A stretch of DNA of 64,000 nucleotides from a virus: IMG/VR virus record IMGVR_UViG_3300033802_000475; one strand, 5' to 3'. A program made the position numbers and the translations under genes. Below, piece by piece: positions 9,971 to 18,627 of this stretch (positions are counted from its first letter, which is position 1; every line of letters begins with the position of its first letter). The notes below the pieces were generated by a model that was given only the letters and a program-made list of their open reading frames with translations, did not search any database and was not told the DNA's origin.

Positions 9971-10213
9971 TCAGGCCGCGGCTTGTTCGGCGCCCTCGTC
10001 AGCGCCCGCGGTTATTGCCCGGTCACCGCCGATCAGCCGGAGGATCTCGCGTCCTTCCGCCAGCACGTCATCCAGGGACCGCGAGCGCAGAAGATTCGAC
10101 GCGCCATCGATCTCCGGGTGTCGCAGCAGCACGATCTCGACGAGCCGCTTCTCGGTCGGGGTGACCGAGATGCCGATGGTCTGGGTTCGGGACTCTTGCG
10201 CGGGTGGGTTCAT
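9971..10213 (-). CDS. Cro-position small regulator (possible ribbon-helix-helix)
   Basis: MNPPAQESRTQTIGISVTPTEKRLVEIV; divergent from the repressor. Confidence 0.5.
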   Translation of the reverse strand: MNPPAQESRTQTIGISVTPTEKRLVEIVLLRHPEIDGASNLLRSRSLDDVLAEGREILRLIGGDRAITAGADEGAEQAAA

Positions 10214-10307
10214 GGCGACATCCTGTGAGATTAAGCGCGCAAATGCGCGGGTAATCACCTGTGGCGAGGTGCAATATAACGCACTTGCGACGCATGTCAA
10301 GGGGGTT

Positions 10308-10751
10308 GTGACGCACTCTGACGAGGCGGCGGTCCGCAGAGCACTCGATGCGGTCGCACATGTAAAGAGTAATCGACAGGCGGCACGCATCCTGGGGGTG
10401 AGCGAGCCGACTCTCCGGAGGTGGCGCGCCGGGGAGATCGCCGTACCCCTCAGGGAGCCGACGCGGAGTGCGTTACAACGATTTTTTGCGCGTCGCAACG
10501 AGGGCGGCCGATCCGAACCGGAGCAGGCGCGGGCGGAGGATGTTGAGGGCTTTGAGTCGCTGCTCTACAGCCGCAGCGCACTCTATCAGACGCTCTCGTC
10601 GTTCGGCGGCCCCGGAGAGCGGACCGACGACAAGCTCAGCCTGATCGACCTGCTCTCCAAGGTGGCCGCAGATCTCCGCAGGGAGGGGAGGCGGCTGCCC
10701 GTCGAAATTCTGTCCGAGGCGCATGCCGACATACTGCGCGGAAAGATCTGA
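10308..10751 (+). CDS. HTH prophage repressor (ImmR/CI-like)
   Basis: GTG start; SNRQAARILGVSEPTLRRWRAGE HTH; followed by an ImmA-like protease. Confidence 0.75.
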   Translation: MTHSDEAAVRRALDAVAHVKSNRQAARILGVSEPTLRRWRAGEIAVPLREPTRSALQRFFARRNEGGRSEPEQARAEDVEGFESLLYSRSALYQTLSSFGGPGERTDDKLSLIDLLSKVAADLRREGRRLPVEILSEAHADILRGKI

Positions 10752-11286
10752 CGGGGATCTGATCCGAGCAGCAGCACAGCTCGTCCATTACGCCCAACGG
10801 TTCCAGTCCCGCTACGCGAGCGGAACGGTCCCCGCCTCGACCTCGGAGCTCTGGCAATTGCTCCGAGGTGCGACATGTCGCGTCTACGAGATCGAGCCGC
10901 GGCCGGGGGCCCGCGCGATCGTAACGCCGCCGATCGCAGGCTACTACCGGATCGGGATCAAGCGAGACCTATCGGTCACCGAACGGGCCTTCGCGCTCCG
11001 TCACGAGCTCGGGCACGTCCTCGCTGGCGATGCCGAGGAGCCGGTCCGGCTGGTCGACCGCGGTTACCTGACGTGGGCGGAGCGGCTCGCCGACCTCTTC
11101 GCGCTCGCCGACCTAGTGCCCGGACGGCTGATCGCGACTCTACGCCGGATCCGAATGCCGTGGGCTGACGTCCGTCGGGAAATCGAGCGGCTGATCTGCG
11201 ACGACTGGGGACCGGACTGGCACCCTGCACGCGTGGATGACCGGGCGAGGCTGCGGATCCGGCTGTACCGGGAGTGTGGGATCTGA
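10723..11286 (+). CDS. ImmA/IrrE family zinc metallopeptidase
   Basis: ERAFALRHELGH (HEXXH) and ERLADLFA (downstream Glu); start uncertain. Confidence 0.85.
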   Translation: MPTYCAERSDGDLIRAAAQLVHYAQRFQSRYASGTVPASTSELWQLLRGATCRVYEIEPRPGARAIVTPPIAGYYRIGIKRDLSVTERAFALRHELGHVLAGDAEEPVRLVDRGYLTWAERLADLFALADLVPGRLIATLRRIRMPWADVRREIERLICDDWGPDWHPARVDDRARLRIRLYRECGI

Positions 11287-11392
11287 TCAGGGGCGCGCCG
11301 ATGAACTCCCTTGTCGTCCCACGCATCGGCACCGAAACGGATGTTGCGCTGTGGAAGTGAACGGGGGACGCAAACTTTAACGGGGTGAGGCG

Positions 11393-11704
11393 ATGATTCA
11401 AACGGCAGGAGCCAGTGTGCCCGACGGTCAATTGCTGTACTACCCGCTCTCAGACTGGCTTTCCCAATATCAGCATGCAATCCGCGGCCGCGAAATTGCG
11501 TCGAGCGGGTGTGGCAACAACATGGGCGGGCGTTGGGTGCATCTTGAATTCTCGGTCGGAGACCACGTGGTCATGCTCGTCGTTTGGGCGGAAGTCGGCG
11601 CGGACGGGGTCCCGTTCCCGGTCGCAGCGCGGTTCGAAGGCACGCGGGACGAAGTCTGGGAGCAAGTGAACGCGTGGCGTAGAGCAATGGGGCCGGGGTG
11701 GTAG
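11393..11704 (+). CDS. Hypothetical moron protein
   Basis: 103-aa ORF, lower GC than flanks. Confidence 0.45.
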   Translation: MIQTAGASVPDGQLLYYPLSDWLSQYQHAIRGREIASSGCGNNMGGRWVHLEFSVGDHVVMLVVWAEVGADGVPFPVAARFEGTRDEVWEQVNAWRRAMGPGW

Positions 11705-11841
11705 CCGGCGACCTAGTGCCGCATGTAACGCGGAACACGTTGATCAAACGCTTGAGTACGCTCGACCGCACGGCTTTAGCACTTCCACCGGGCCGTGGCC
11801 ATTTCGGAGGCTCGGCGGATCCTTGAGAAGCTCCAGTCCCG

Positions 11842-12162
11842 ATGATCAACATCCACGAATTCGCCGCCCGGCTCGAGGCCGCCGGCCACGTCGTCCAGTG
11901 GGGCTTCGACGGACCGGTCGCCCACAACCGTCCCGGCGACCCCGGGTGGTGGTGCAAAGTCGACGGGGAGGTGGCTGGCGAAATCAGGCCGCTGAAGCCG
12001 GGCGGATTCATTCCGATACTTCAGGAGGGGGGCAGCCGCGATGGCCGCATATTGCGTGAGTTACGACCTCAAAGTGCCCGGCAAGAATTACGGGCCATTG
12101 TACGAGGAACTCAAGAAGTCTCCGAACTGGTGGCACTACCTAGATTCGACCTGGCTGATTAG
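11842..12162 (+). CDS. Hypothetical protein
   Basis: 106-aa ORF; its 3' part overlaps the next gene, so the true end is uncertain. Confidence 0.35.
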   Translation: MINIHEFAARLEAAGHVVQWGFDGPVAHNRPGDPGWWCKVDGEVAGEIRPLKPGGFIPILQEGGSRDGRILRELRPQSARQELRAIVRGTQEVSELVALPRFDLAD

Positions 12163-12313
12163 CACCCGTGAGACGGCGGCGCAGCTTGCGGCACGTCTAA
12201 GGCGGCATATCGATGGCAACGATTATGTTCTTGTGATTGAGGTTCGGAACAACTCAGATGGCTGGTTGCCGAAGGAGGCGTGGGACTGGATCAAGCAGTT
12301 CGTGCCGGCATGA
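12041..12313 (+). CDS. Stand-alone Cas2/VapD-like ferredoxin-fold protein
   Basis: YCVSYDL...Y..LYEELKK...WWHYLDSTWLI...LRRHIDGNDYVLVIEV; Cas2-like xxYD N-terminal strand. Confidence 0.65.
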   Translation: MAAYCVSYDLKVPGKNYGPLYEELKKSPNWWHYLDSTWLISTRETAAQLAARLRRHIDGNDYVLVIEVRNNSDGWLPKEAWDWIKQFVPA

Positions 12314-12473
12314 CGGGCAACACCGAGTTATGCTGGTCGCGAGCGCAGTGAAGGAGACGTTGGCGAGGGGAGATCCCGTAGGAGGCCGGCGCGGGGTACG
12401 TCACGGAATAATAGCCGCGGCGGCCACCCACCACATGTGATTCGGCGCCCCGATCGAACTCGACCCGTCGATC

Positions 12474-12794
12474 ATGGGGGAGTACGCAGGCAAGCTCTAT
12501 CGGGCGGCGAACCGGATCGTGGTCGCCTCAACGCTGGCCGCGGGGAGTTTCGGACTCCTGATCGGCAGCATGTTCGTTAAAGTGCTTGGCGCAGGCATCC
12601 TTCATTGGGCAGTTGCGTTGACAGTGTTGTTCGGCTGGGTGGGCTGGGAGATCGGGCAGAGGTGGGCTTTTCATCTCCGGCTCCAGGCTCAACAGGCGCT
12701 CTGCCAGGTGCAGATCGAAGCGAATACCAGACGAGGGCGAACGGGCGAGACGGCAGACGAGCCGGCCGGCTACGAGCCTCGGTGGATACGCTGA
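12474..12794 (+). CDS. Two-TM membrane protein
   Basis: Two hydrophobic helices (IVVASTLAAGSFGLLIGSMFV; ILHWAVALTVLFGWVGW). Confidence 0.65.
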   Translation: MGEYAGKLYRAANRIVVASTLAAGSFGLLIGSMFVKVLGAGILHWAVALTVLFGWVGWEIGQRWAFHLRLQAQQALCQVQIEANTRRGRTGETADEPAGYEPRWIR

Positions 12795-13096
12795 GAACGC
12801 CGGAACGGTTTACGGCCGCGGAACTTGGTCGGGCCGAGATCCCGTGGAAGGAGATTCGTTGGGAAGTCCAACAGGCAATCTTGGACGCCTGGGGGGCCGG
12901 ACTGACAGCCTGTACGCGTTGATGATCGATTGCAATCTGCGCCTACGGCCCTGCCGGTCATGCGCGGTGTAACCCTCGCGTACAATCGAGCGGGGAGGGC
13001 CCCGGGCTCAACGGCAACGTCCTAGACCTACAAATCGGTACGACCGCCGTTCTGATTGGCAAAGAAAACAATTGGCGATGAAGATCTGGAGGTCGA

Positions 13097-13906
13097 ATGC
13101 CGGCGACTCATTACAAGATCTGGGGTTGGGGAGACTACTTAGAGCGCGGAGTGATGGGCTCCCGCCACGTTGGGGTCGCAGGAGTGGCGAAGAAGGCCAC
13201 AGAGGACCAACCTTTCGCAGTTGCAAACGAACTGATCTGTGGGTATCTCGCCAGGGTGCTCCTATTGCCGGTTCCGCCCGGCTTTGTTGTCGAGCGAGAG
13301 GGGGAGCCATATTACGTTTCCCTCAACTTCAACCTCGCGGGCCAGTCGCTGCCTCCGGCGAATCCCAGACGCCTCGTCGAGGATCATCCCCGGCTGGCCT
13401 GCGGAATTATCCTGTTCGACTGCTGGATTCTCAACCATGATCGCCACCCCGAGAATCTTGCGTACGACACCATATCTAGGCGTGTGCAGCTATTCGATCA
13501 CAGCCATGCGATTCTGCCAGCGGGTATGGGCGGTGAATGGCTGGACCACAATCGTGACAGGCTGGGGATTGGAGGCCATTGCCTCAAATCGGAGATCACA
13601 TCCCTCGATGGCATGAGGTATTGGTACGACCGGATCAATGCCGTGCCAGAGTATTATATTGAAGAGGTCGTACGGGCTGCAGCCGAAGTGGGGTTACCGA
13701 CGGAATTGGTCGGTTCTTGCACTGACTTCTTGCTGGAGCGGCGTCGAAACCTACTGACTCTCGTGGCCGCGCACAGGGGCGAGTTCCAGCAGCTGCAGCC
13801 AGAACTTTGGGAGATGCTCGAAGACGCAAGGGTGGAGGCGGACGCTCAGGACGAGGGCCAGCTAGCAGCAACTCTAGCGAATTCGTCCGGAGGTGACGAT
13901 GAGTAA
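13097..13906 (+). CDS. HipA-like (PI3K/PI4K superfamily) kinase
   Basis: VAKK, ANELICGYLA (alphaC Glu), FDCWILNHDRHPENL catalytic loop, LFDHSHA. Confidence 0.85.
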   Translation: MPATHYKIWGWGDYLERGVMGSRHVGVAGVAKKATEDQPFAVANELICGYLARVLLLPVPPGFVVEREGEPYYVSLNFNLAGQSLPPANPRRLVEDHPRLACGIILFDCWILNHDRHPENLAYDTISRRVQLFDHSHAILPAGMGGEWLDHNRDRLGIGGHCLKSEITSLDGMRYWYDRINAVPEYYIEEVVRAAAEVGLPTELVGSCTDFLLERRRNLLTLVAAHRGEFQQLQPELWEMLEDARVEADAQDEGQLAATLANSSGGDDE

Positions 13907-14759
13907 AGTAGCGACATACTTCATCGCCCAGTACGTGCCGGACCTTTTCAGGCGGGAGCCGAGAAACATCGGTGTATTGGTCGAGAAGGATGGGCGGGTC
14001 GCCGCCCAGTTCCTCGGCGAGATTCAGCCTGGCGAACTCGACGGCAGGAAACTTCGAGGGTTCGACTACCCGCATGTTTACCGTCAGTGGGTAGAGTACT
14101 GGCGAGACCAGGTTTATCGGGGGGATAAGGGTATCGAGACCGTCGTGCGGACCAGCCGCGATCATTACCGCGTAATTCACGGCGGAGAGTTGACCGATAC
14201 CGGAGAGGACTCGGTCGACAAGCTGGCTGCTTACTTGTACTCCCTACTGGTGTCGGAGGGCGGGTTCGCAAAAGCGATCGCGAACAGTGATGATGAAATG
14301 GCGGACGTGCGGTCCCCCAAGCTCGAGCAGGATGTGGAGTCTGCGTTCAAGAGGCTGAGCATTTTGGCGGGATCGCCTAACGACCTTTTGGTGCGCCATC
14401 CCATTCGGAAGAACGTTCAGTTGCGGGGCCGAGCCGTTGACATACACACGCCGGACTTCGTGCAAGAAAATGGACGGTTGTACGTAATGGAACTCGTGGA
14501 CTTCAGCACGAAACGCACCTCTCTGCCCAAAGAGCATGCCGGTCGGACCGCCTACATGTTCTCAGATTTGCGACGAGAGCACGCCCATATAGACCCGATC
14601 GCTATCGTCCAGCTACCGGATTCTGGATACGAAAGCGAGGACGTATACTATGGCATGAAGATGCTCCGGGCGGAGTCAAACGTCGTAGTGTGGACAGATC
14701 CGGATGAGAAAGGCCGGTTCCTGCGCGAGCGCCACGAGATAGCGATGGCAGAGGCCTGA
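13899..14759 (+). CDS. DUF3037-domain protein (kinase partner) with C-terminal restriction-endonuclease-like domain
   Basis: YFIAQYVPDLFRREPRNIGVL matches the DUF3037 N-terminus; PDFVQENGRLYVME; overlaps the kinase stop. Confidence 0.75.
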   Translation: MSKVATYFIAQYVPDLFRREPRNIGVLVEKDGRVAAQFLGEIQPGELDGRKLRGFDYPHVYRQWVEYWRDQVYRGDKGIETVVRTSRDHYRVIHGGELTDTGEDSVDKLAAYLYSLLVSEGGFAKAIANSDDEMADVRSPKLEQDVESAFKRLSILAGSPNDLLVRHPIRKNVQLRGRAVDIHTPDFVQENGRLYVMELVDFSTKRTSLPKEHAGRTAYMFSDLRREHAHIDPIAIVQLPDSGYESEDVYYGMKMLRAESNVVVWTDPDEKGRFLRERHEIAMAEA

Positions 14760-14791
14760 TTCGCCCGATCACCGGACCATTATCTATCGCC

Positions 14792-14829
14792 CGAGGATGG
14801 CCTGCGGCTCCCGCTGTGGGCCATCCTCG
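14792..14829. terminator. Hairpin between convergent genes
   Basis: 11-bp inverted repeat CGAGGATGGCC / GGCCATCCTCG. Confidence 0.55.
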
Positions 14830-14917
14830 TTCCTCACCACACCCGTAACCCCGCTTCCCCCGCCACTTTGATCCGTCCCACCGTCGTCATCCGGGTCTCA
14901 AGCGCCTACGTCGCGCA

Positions 14918-15469
14918 CTAGTACGGCGCCCTTCGGCGCCCGAGCGCGTCGACCGGGGTAAGCGCGCCTGCAGGAATCACGTCGGCGCCGAGCCGGGTGA
15001 CCGCCGCTAGGTGCCCGAACCGGGGCACGTCGCAGACGACCAGCTCGCCGTCGAGCGCCCAACCGTCATCGCAGCGGGAGAGGTCTATGCCCCGGGCGAT
15101 CTCGGGGCGCCGCATCTCCGCGGAGTCCGCGGGACCGACGCGGAGGACGTCTAGACGTCCCGACCGATCGGCGACGGCGCCGACGATCACCGGGACCTCC
15201 CGGACGTCGATGACGGTGTCCACCCGCTCGATGACGACGGGCGCGCGTTCCTCGAGGCCGCGGATCCGGGCGCGGAGCTGGTCGACGAGCCCGTCGCGCT
15301 CCTGGAGGAGCGCCTCCAGCCGCTCGACCTCGGCTCTCCAGTGGTCGCCGGGGAGGGAGTCGACGACGGGGACCGCCGGCGGGGTGTAGGCGGGGCGGTC
15401 GGTAGAGCACCTACCGATCAGCACACCGAGGGCGAGAGCAGCGACGGTGGCGATCGAGAGGGACTTCAT
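14918..15469 (-). CDS. Membrane-anchored coiled-coil protein (spanin-like position, relic lysis module)
   Basis: N-terminal hydrophobic segment, coiled coil AEVERLEALLQERDGLVDQLRARIRGLEE; follows the amidase fragment. Confidence 0.55.
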   Translation of the reverse strand: MKSLSIATVAALALGVLIGRCSTDRPAYTPPAVPVVDSLPGDHWRAEVERLEALLQERDGLVDQLRARIRGLEERAPVVIERVDTVIDVREVPVIVGAVADRSGRLDVLRVGPADSAEMRRPEIARGIDLSRCDDGWALDGELVVCDVPRFGHLAAVTRLGADVIPAGALTPVDALGRRRAPY

Positions 15470-15670
15470 GCGCCCATCCATTCCCTGACGCCCTCGACGA
15501 TCGCGCGGGCGACCCTCGCGCGATGCTCGGGATCCGTCAGGCGCGCCCGGTCGTCCGGGTTCGTCAGGAACCCGAGCTCGACCAGGATCGCGGGCATCCG
15601 CGTCGCGCGGAGGACGTAGAGGCGGCGATTCCCGCACGCCGGCGACACGTCCGGGAACACCCCCGCAGAC
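15466..15670 (-). pseudogene. C-terminal fragment of an Amidase_3 endolysin
   Basis: GVFPDVSPACGNRRLYVLRATRMPAILVELGFLTN; 99/106 nt identical to 27095-27200; N-terminal Zn ligands missing. Confidence 0.85.
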
Positions 15671-15697
15671 CGCCCCGGGGACTCCACGGCAGCGGCC

Positions 15698-15859
15698 CGG
15701 GCGACCACCCTCCTGGTCGTCGGTGACCAGGACGGGAGAAAGGTCGGCAACGATGGCAAGAGCGGGAAACACCGTAAGGCGGAGGCCTTGATCGCACAAG
15801 GATACCCGATACGGATCGTGGGAGAGAGTGTGTTCATGGACCTGGTCGCCCCCGAATAG
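15698..15859 (+). pseudogene. C-terminal fragment of a BRCT domain (as in phage exonuclease-BRCT proteins)
   Basis: Manual translation RATTLLVVGDQDGRKVGNDGKSGKHRKAEALIAQGYPIRIVGESVFMDLVAPE*; no start or N-terminal part. Confidence 0.7.
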
Positions 15860-16002
15860 GTCGCCCCTCTTGTGTGTTGCATTATGCGAATGTTTCGCAT
15901 TTTGCAATACATCCACGCGCATGCCCCGGCCCTATGACCGCATGGCGCACGCCGCGTAACTCTCGTAATACCAACACGTTGCCGTAGTGGTGGGTGTGGG
16001 TG

Positions 16003-16032
16003 TTGACATGGTGGCACCACCTTTGCTATAAT
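16003..16032 (+). promoter_or_regulatory. Consensus sigma70-type promoter with operator-like palindrome in the spacer
   Basis: TTGACA (16003-16008), 18 nt, TATAAT (16027-16032); GGTGG-CA-CCACC at 16010-16021. Confidence 0.8.
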
Positions 16033-16103
16033 CCTGGGCGACGGTCGGGCGAGGGGCCCGGCCGCTGACTGGGCGAGGCGCCCACAGCACAGGAGACACA
16101 CCA

Positions 16104-16367
16104 ATGGCCACCACGATCCTTCTCCCCGTTGACCTGACCAAGGCGATCGAGTCGGATGCCCGCATCGTTCGGGCGGTCGTCTACGAGGACGGCTGGGTTC
16201 CGAACGCCTACCGCTACGCCGCCCCGGGCAAGGCGACGGTGGTGACTCGGGCCGAGGACGGCCGGATCGAGATCTCCGAGACGACCTACGATCGGAAGCG
16301 CTCCTACGGCCGCGGCCCGCGCTGGGTCGCCTTCAGCGCGAAGGGCGGGCGGCTGGCGAGCGCCTGA
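16104..16367 (+). CDS. Small hypothetical protein
   Basis: AGGAG RBS; first gene after the promoter. Confidence 0.75.
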   Translation: MATTILLPVDLTKAIESDARIVRAVVYEDGWVPNAYRYAAPGKATVVTRAEDGRIEISETTYDRKRSYGRGPRWVAFSAKGGRLASA

Positions 16368-16435
16368 GGTTGTGCGCCGTGGGCGCCGTTCGATGGGCGC
16401 CCACGGCCCGGTGAGTCAGCCCACGACCTACCACC

Positions 16436-16690
16436 ATGGAGGAAGAGATGCCGAATGAGGTTTGCGAGATCGTCGGGCGCTTTGCGCCGGGGAAGGAACC
16501 CGCTGGCTGGGACGGCCGCGATCCGAGTGCCGTCCTGTACGATGACGGTATCGCCGTGATGCGGCCGGTCGTCCGGGGCGGGATCTCTTGGGAGTACCAC
16601 ATCGGGACTTCTGACCCCGAGCGGGCGCGTCAGATTCTCGCCGACGAATGGGGTGAGGCGGAGGTCGTGGAATCGATTCCCACGGCCTGA
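16436..16690 (+). CDS. Small acidic hypothetical protein
   Basis: 84-aa ORF (start may be 16448). Confidence 0.6.
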   Translation: MEEEMPNEVCEIVGRFAPGKEPAGWDGRDPSAVLYDDGIAVMRPVVRGGISWEYHIGTSDPERARQILADEWGEAEVVESIPTA

Positions 16691-16766
16691 ATGAGGCAGC
16701 CCGGCGGCGCGAGGTGCGCCGTCTCGATCCGCGGAGCGAGGCGCTCCGCAATCCCGAGAGGAGACC

Positions 16767-17009
16767 ATGGCCTACTACAGCACCAGCACCCTCGTACCGA
16801 CCGAGGACGGCCCGTTGTTCGACGTTTTCGGCCCCGGAGACCTGATCGCCGGTGAGCCCGTCGAGTCCGAGGAACTCGCCAAGATCTGGACCGAGCTGCT
16901 CAGCCGGCGCGAGGGCGAGATCCAGGTGGCGTTGGATGCGGGAGACACCGCGACCGCGGATCGGATCTGGGCCGAGGTCGAGGAAGAGGCGCGACGGCAG
17001 GTCGCGTGA
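16767..17009 (+). CDS. Small acidic hypothetical protein
   Basis: GAGGAG RBS; 80 aa. Confidence 0.7.
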   Translation: MAYYSTSTLVPTEDGPLFDVFGPGDLIAGEPVESEELAKIWTELLSRREGEIQVALDAGDTATADRIWAEVEEEARRQVA

Positions 17010-17097
17010 ATGTCGGGCGTCGTCTGAGGTGGACGGCGTCGATCACCCGCCCGGCGAGGCGCCGGGCCCTACCGCCCGAGGAGGGCAGGAGGACGCT

Positions 17098-17973
17098 ATG
17101 TCGCACACGATCTATCATGTCCACGGCATTGGCGACGCGGCCCTAGACGGACTCCATGCTGCCAAGGTGAGGATGACGGCGGCGAGGGCCAGAATGATGA
17201 AGCAGCCGCCGATGCCGATCCCACCGCTTGAGATTCCTGAGCCTCCTGAGCTTCCGATGATTCGCGGCTGTGGGCTCGCGTGGTTGGGCTCATCGCGCAA
17301 CGCGACGGTTGTCAACCTCGTCGCGACCGACGAGGATGGGCGTACCGCCACAGGCAGCGTGGGGCGGACGATCCTGCGTATGCTCTCTCCCGCGGAGATC
17401 CTGGAGCTGACCCAACAGGCCGAGCGGATCGCCGACGAGCTCGAAGCTGCGGCCGACGCACGGGAAGCTGCGATCGATCGGATCGTGGAAGCCGCACTGC
17501 AGGATGCCGATCCCGCGATTCGTGCTCTTGCCGAGCGGATGTCGGCAGAGCGGCGCGCGGATGAGGAGCGAGTGGAGTGGATCCGCAAGTACGGCTCGCG
17601 GCGTCTCCAGCGAATGCTGGAGGAAGGCATCGAACACGCCGCCACATACCGTGATGAGCGGCTGGCGCTAGAACGGCCGGAATGGCGGTATATGAATCAT
17701 GTGCCCGGCCGGTACGAGGAGCCGCGTAATCCGCCGGAGACCGCATTCGACCTCCTCGACGAGGCGCGGAAGACGGCGCCGGACGCCCGCATCTTGTACT
17801 GGATGGTGGGGCGGTCGTGCGAGGACTGCGATGCGGGCGACTGTCCGGAGCACGGCGATGACCGCTGGGTTCGCGGCTACACGTGCATCGCTTCGTTCCT
17901 GGGCCGCGATATCGTGTTTCGCATGGCCGATGACGGCACCCCGCCGGTACTCCAGGGCGGAGGCAACGACTGA
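17098..17973 (+). CDS. Hypothetical protein
   Basis: GGAGG RBS, MSHTIYHVHG start; coiled coil; CxxCxxxxCxxH motif near the C-terminus. Confidence 0.7.
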   Translation: MSHTIYHVHGIGDAALDGLHAAKVRMTAARARMMKQPPMPIPPLEIPEPPELPMIRGCGLAWLGSSRNATVVNLVATDEDGRTATGSVGRTILRMLSPAEILELTQQAERIADELEAAADAREAAIDRIVEAALQDADPAIRALAERMSAERRADEERVEWIRKYGSRRLQRMLEEGIEHAATYRDERLALERPEWRYMNHVPGRYEEPRNPPETAFDLLDEARKTAPDARILYWMVGRSCEDCDAGDCPEHGDDRWVRGYTCIASFLGRDIVFRMADDGTPPVLQGGGND

Positions 17974-18073
17974 TCCATCCGATGGCGGGGTCCGGACCGG
18001 GTGAGTGGCGTCCCCGTTCCGGCGCGATGGGCCCTGGCGTGAGCCCGGCCCGCCCCGCGTAACCGCAACCCGG

Positions 18074-18111
18074 GGGTGTTCCCAATTTTCGGTCGAAAAT
18101 TGGGAACACCC
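18074..18111. repeat. 38-bp near-perfect palindrome (18-bp arms, 2-nt centre)
   Basis: GGGTGTTCCCAATTTTCG-GT-CGAAAATTGGGAACACCC, 20 nt upstream of the 18132 start. Confidence 0.95.
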
Positions 18112-18131
18112 ACCCCCATGAAGGAGCGAAG

Positions 18132-18623
18132 ATGTCCCCAACTCCCGGCAATCCCCGCGTGGTGTTCCGCGCTCCCGAGGGCGTACTGACCGAGATCCAG
18201 GCACGCCAGGAAGCGCTCTCGGCGCAGATGGGCGTCGGCGACGATGCCCCGCTCGGCTCGACGGCGCGGCGGGACCTGGAGCGGTACTACGCGATCGTGC
18301 GCGACGAGCTCCGCCAGCTCCCGCTCACGCGGAACGAGGTCCTCCTCGTTCTCGACGCCTTAAACGGCGTGCTCGTCGAGCCGCCGGAGATGTACCGCGG
18401 CGCCGTGTTGCTGGACGTGGCCGATCACATCCGGCTGAACGCGGCGGACGAGAAGTGGAAAGTCGACGCCGAGAGCTTGATGCGGCGACTGGAGACGCTC
18501 TCGCCCGGCACGCTCATGGCCCTCGTCGACCTGGCCGAGCGGTTCTGGTCGCGGGCGGACGAGGGCACGGACGCCGTGCTCCGCGACCTCGGGGTCCGGG
18601 CGTGGCTCGGAGGTCGGGAGTAG
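18132..18623 (+). CDS. Putative ribbon-helix-helix DNA-binding protein
   Basis: AAGGAG RBS; PRVVFRAPEGVLTEIQAR...STARRDLERYY fits a beta-alpha-alpha pattern; 4 nt upstream of the TnpB-like gene. Confidence 0.55.
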   Translation: MSPTPGNPRVVFRAPEGVLTEIQARQEALSAQMGVGDDAPLGSTARRDLERYYAIVRDELRQLPLTRNEVLLVLDALNGVLVEPPEMYRGAVLLDVADHIRLNAADEKWKVDAESLMRRLETLSPGTLMALVDLAERFWSRADEGTDAVLRDLGVRAWLGGRE

Positions 18624-18627
18624 GGCG

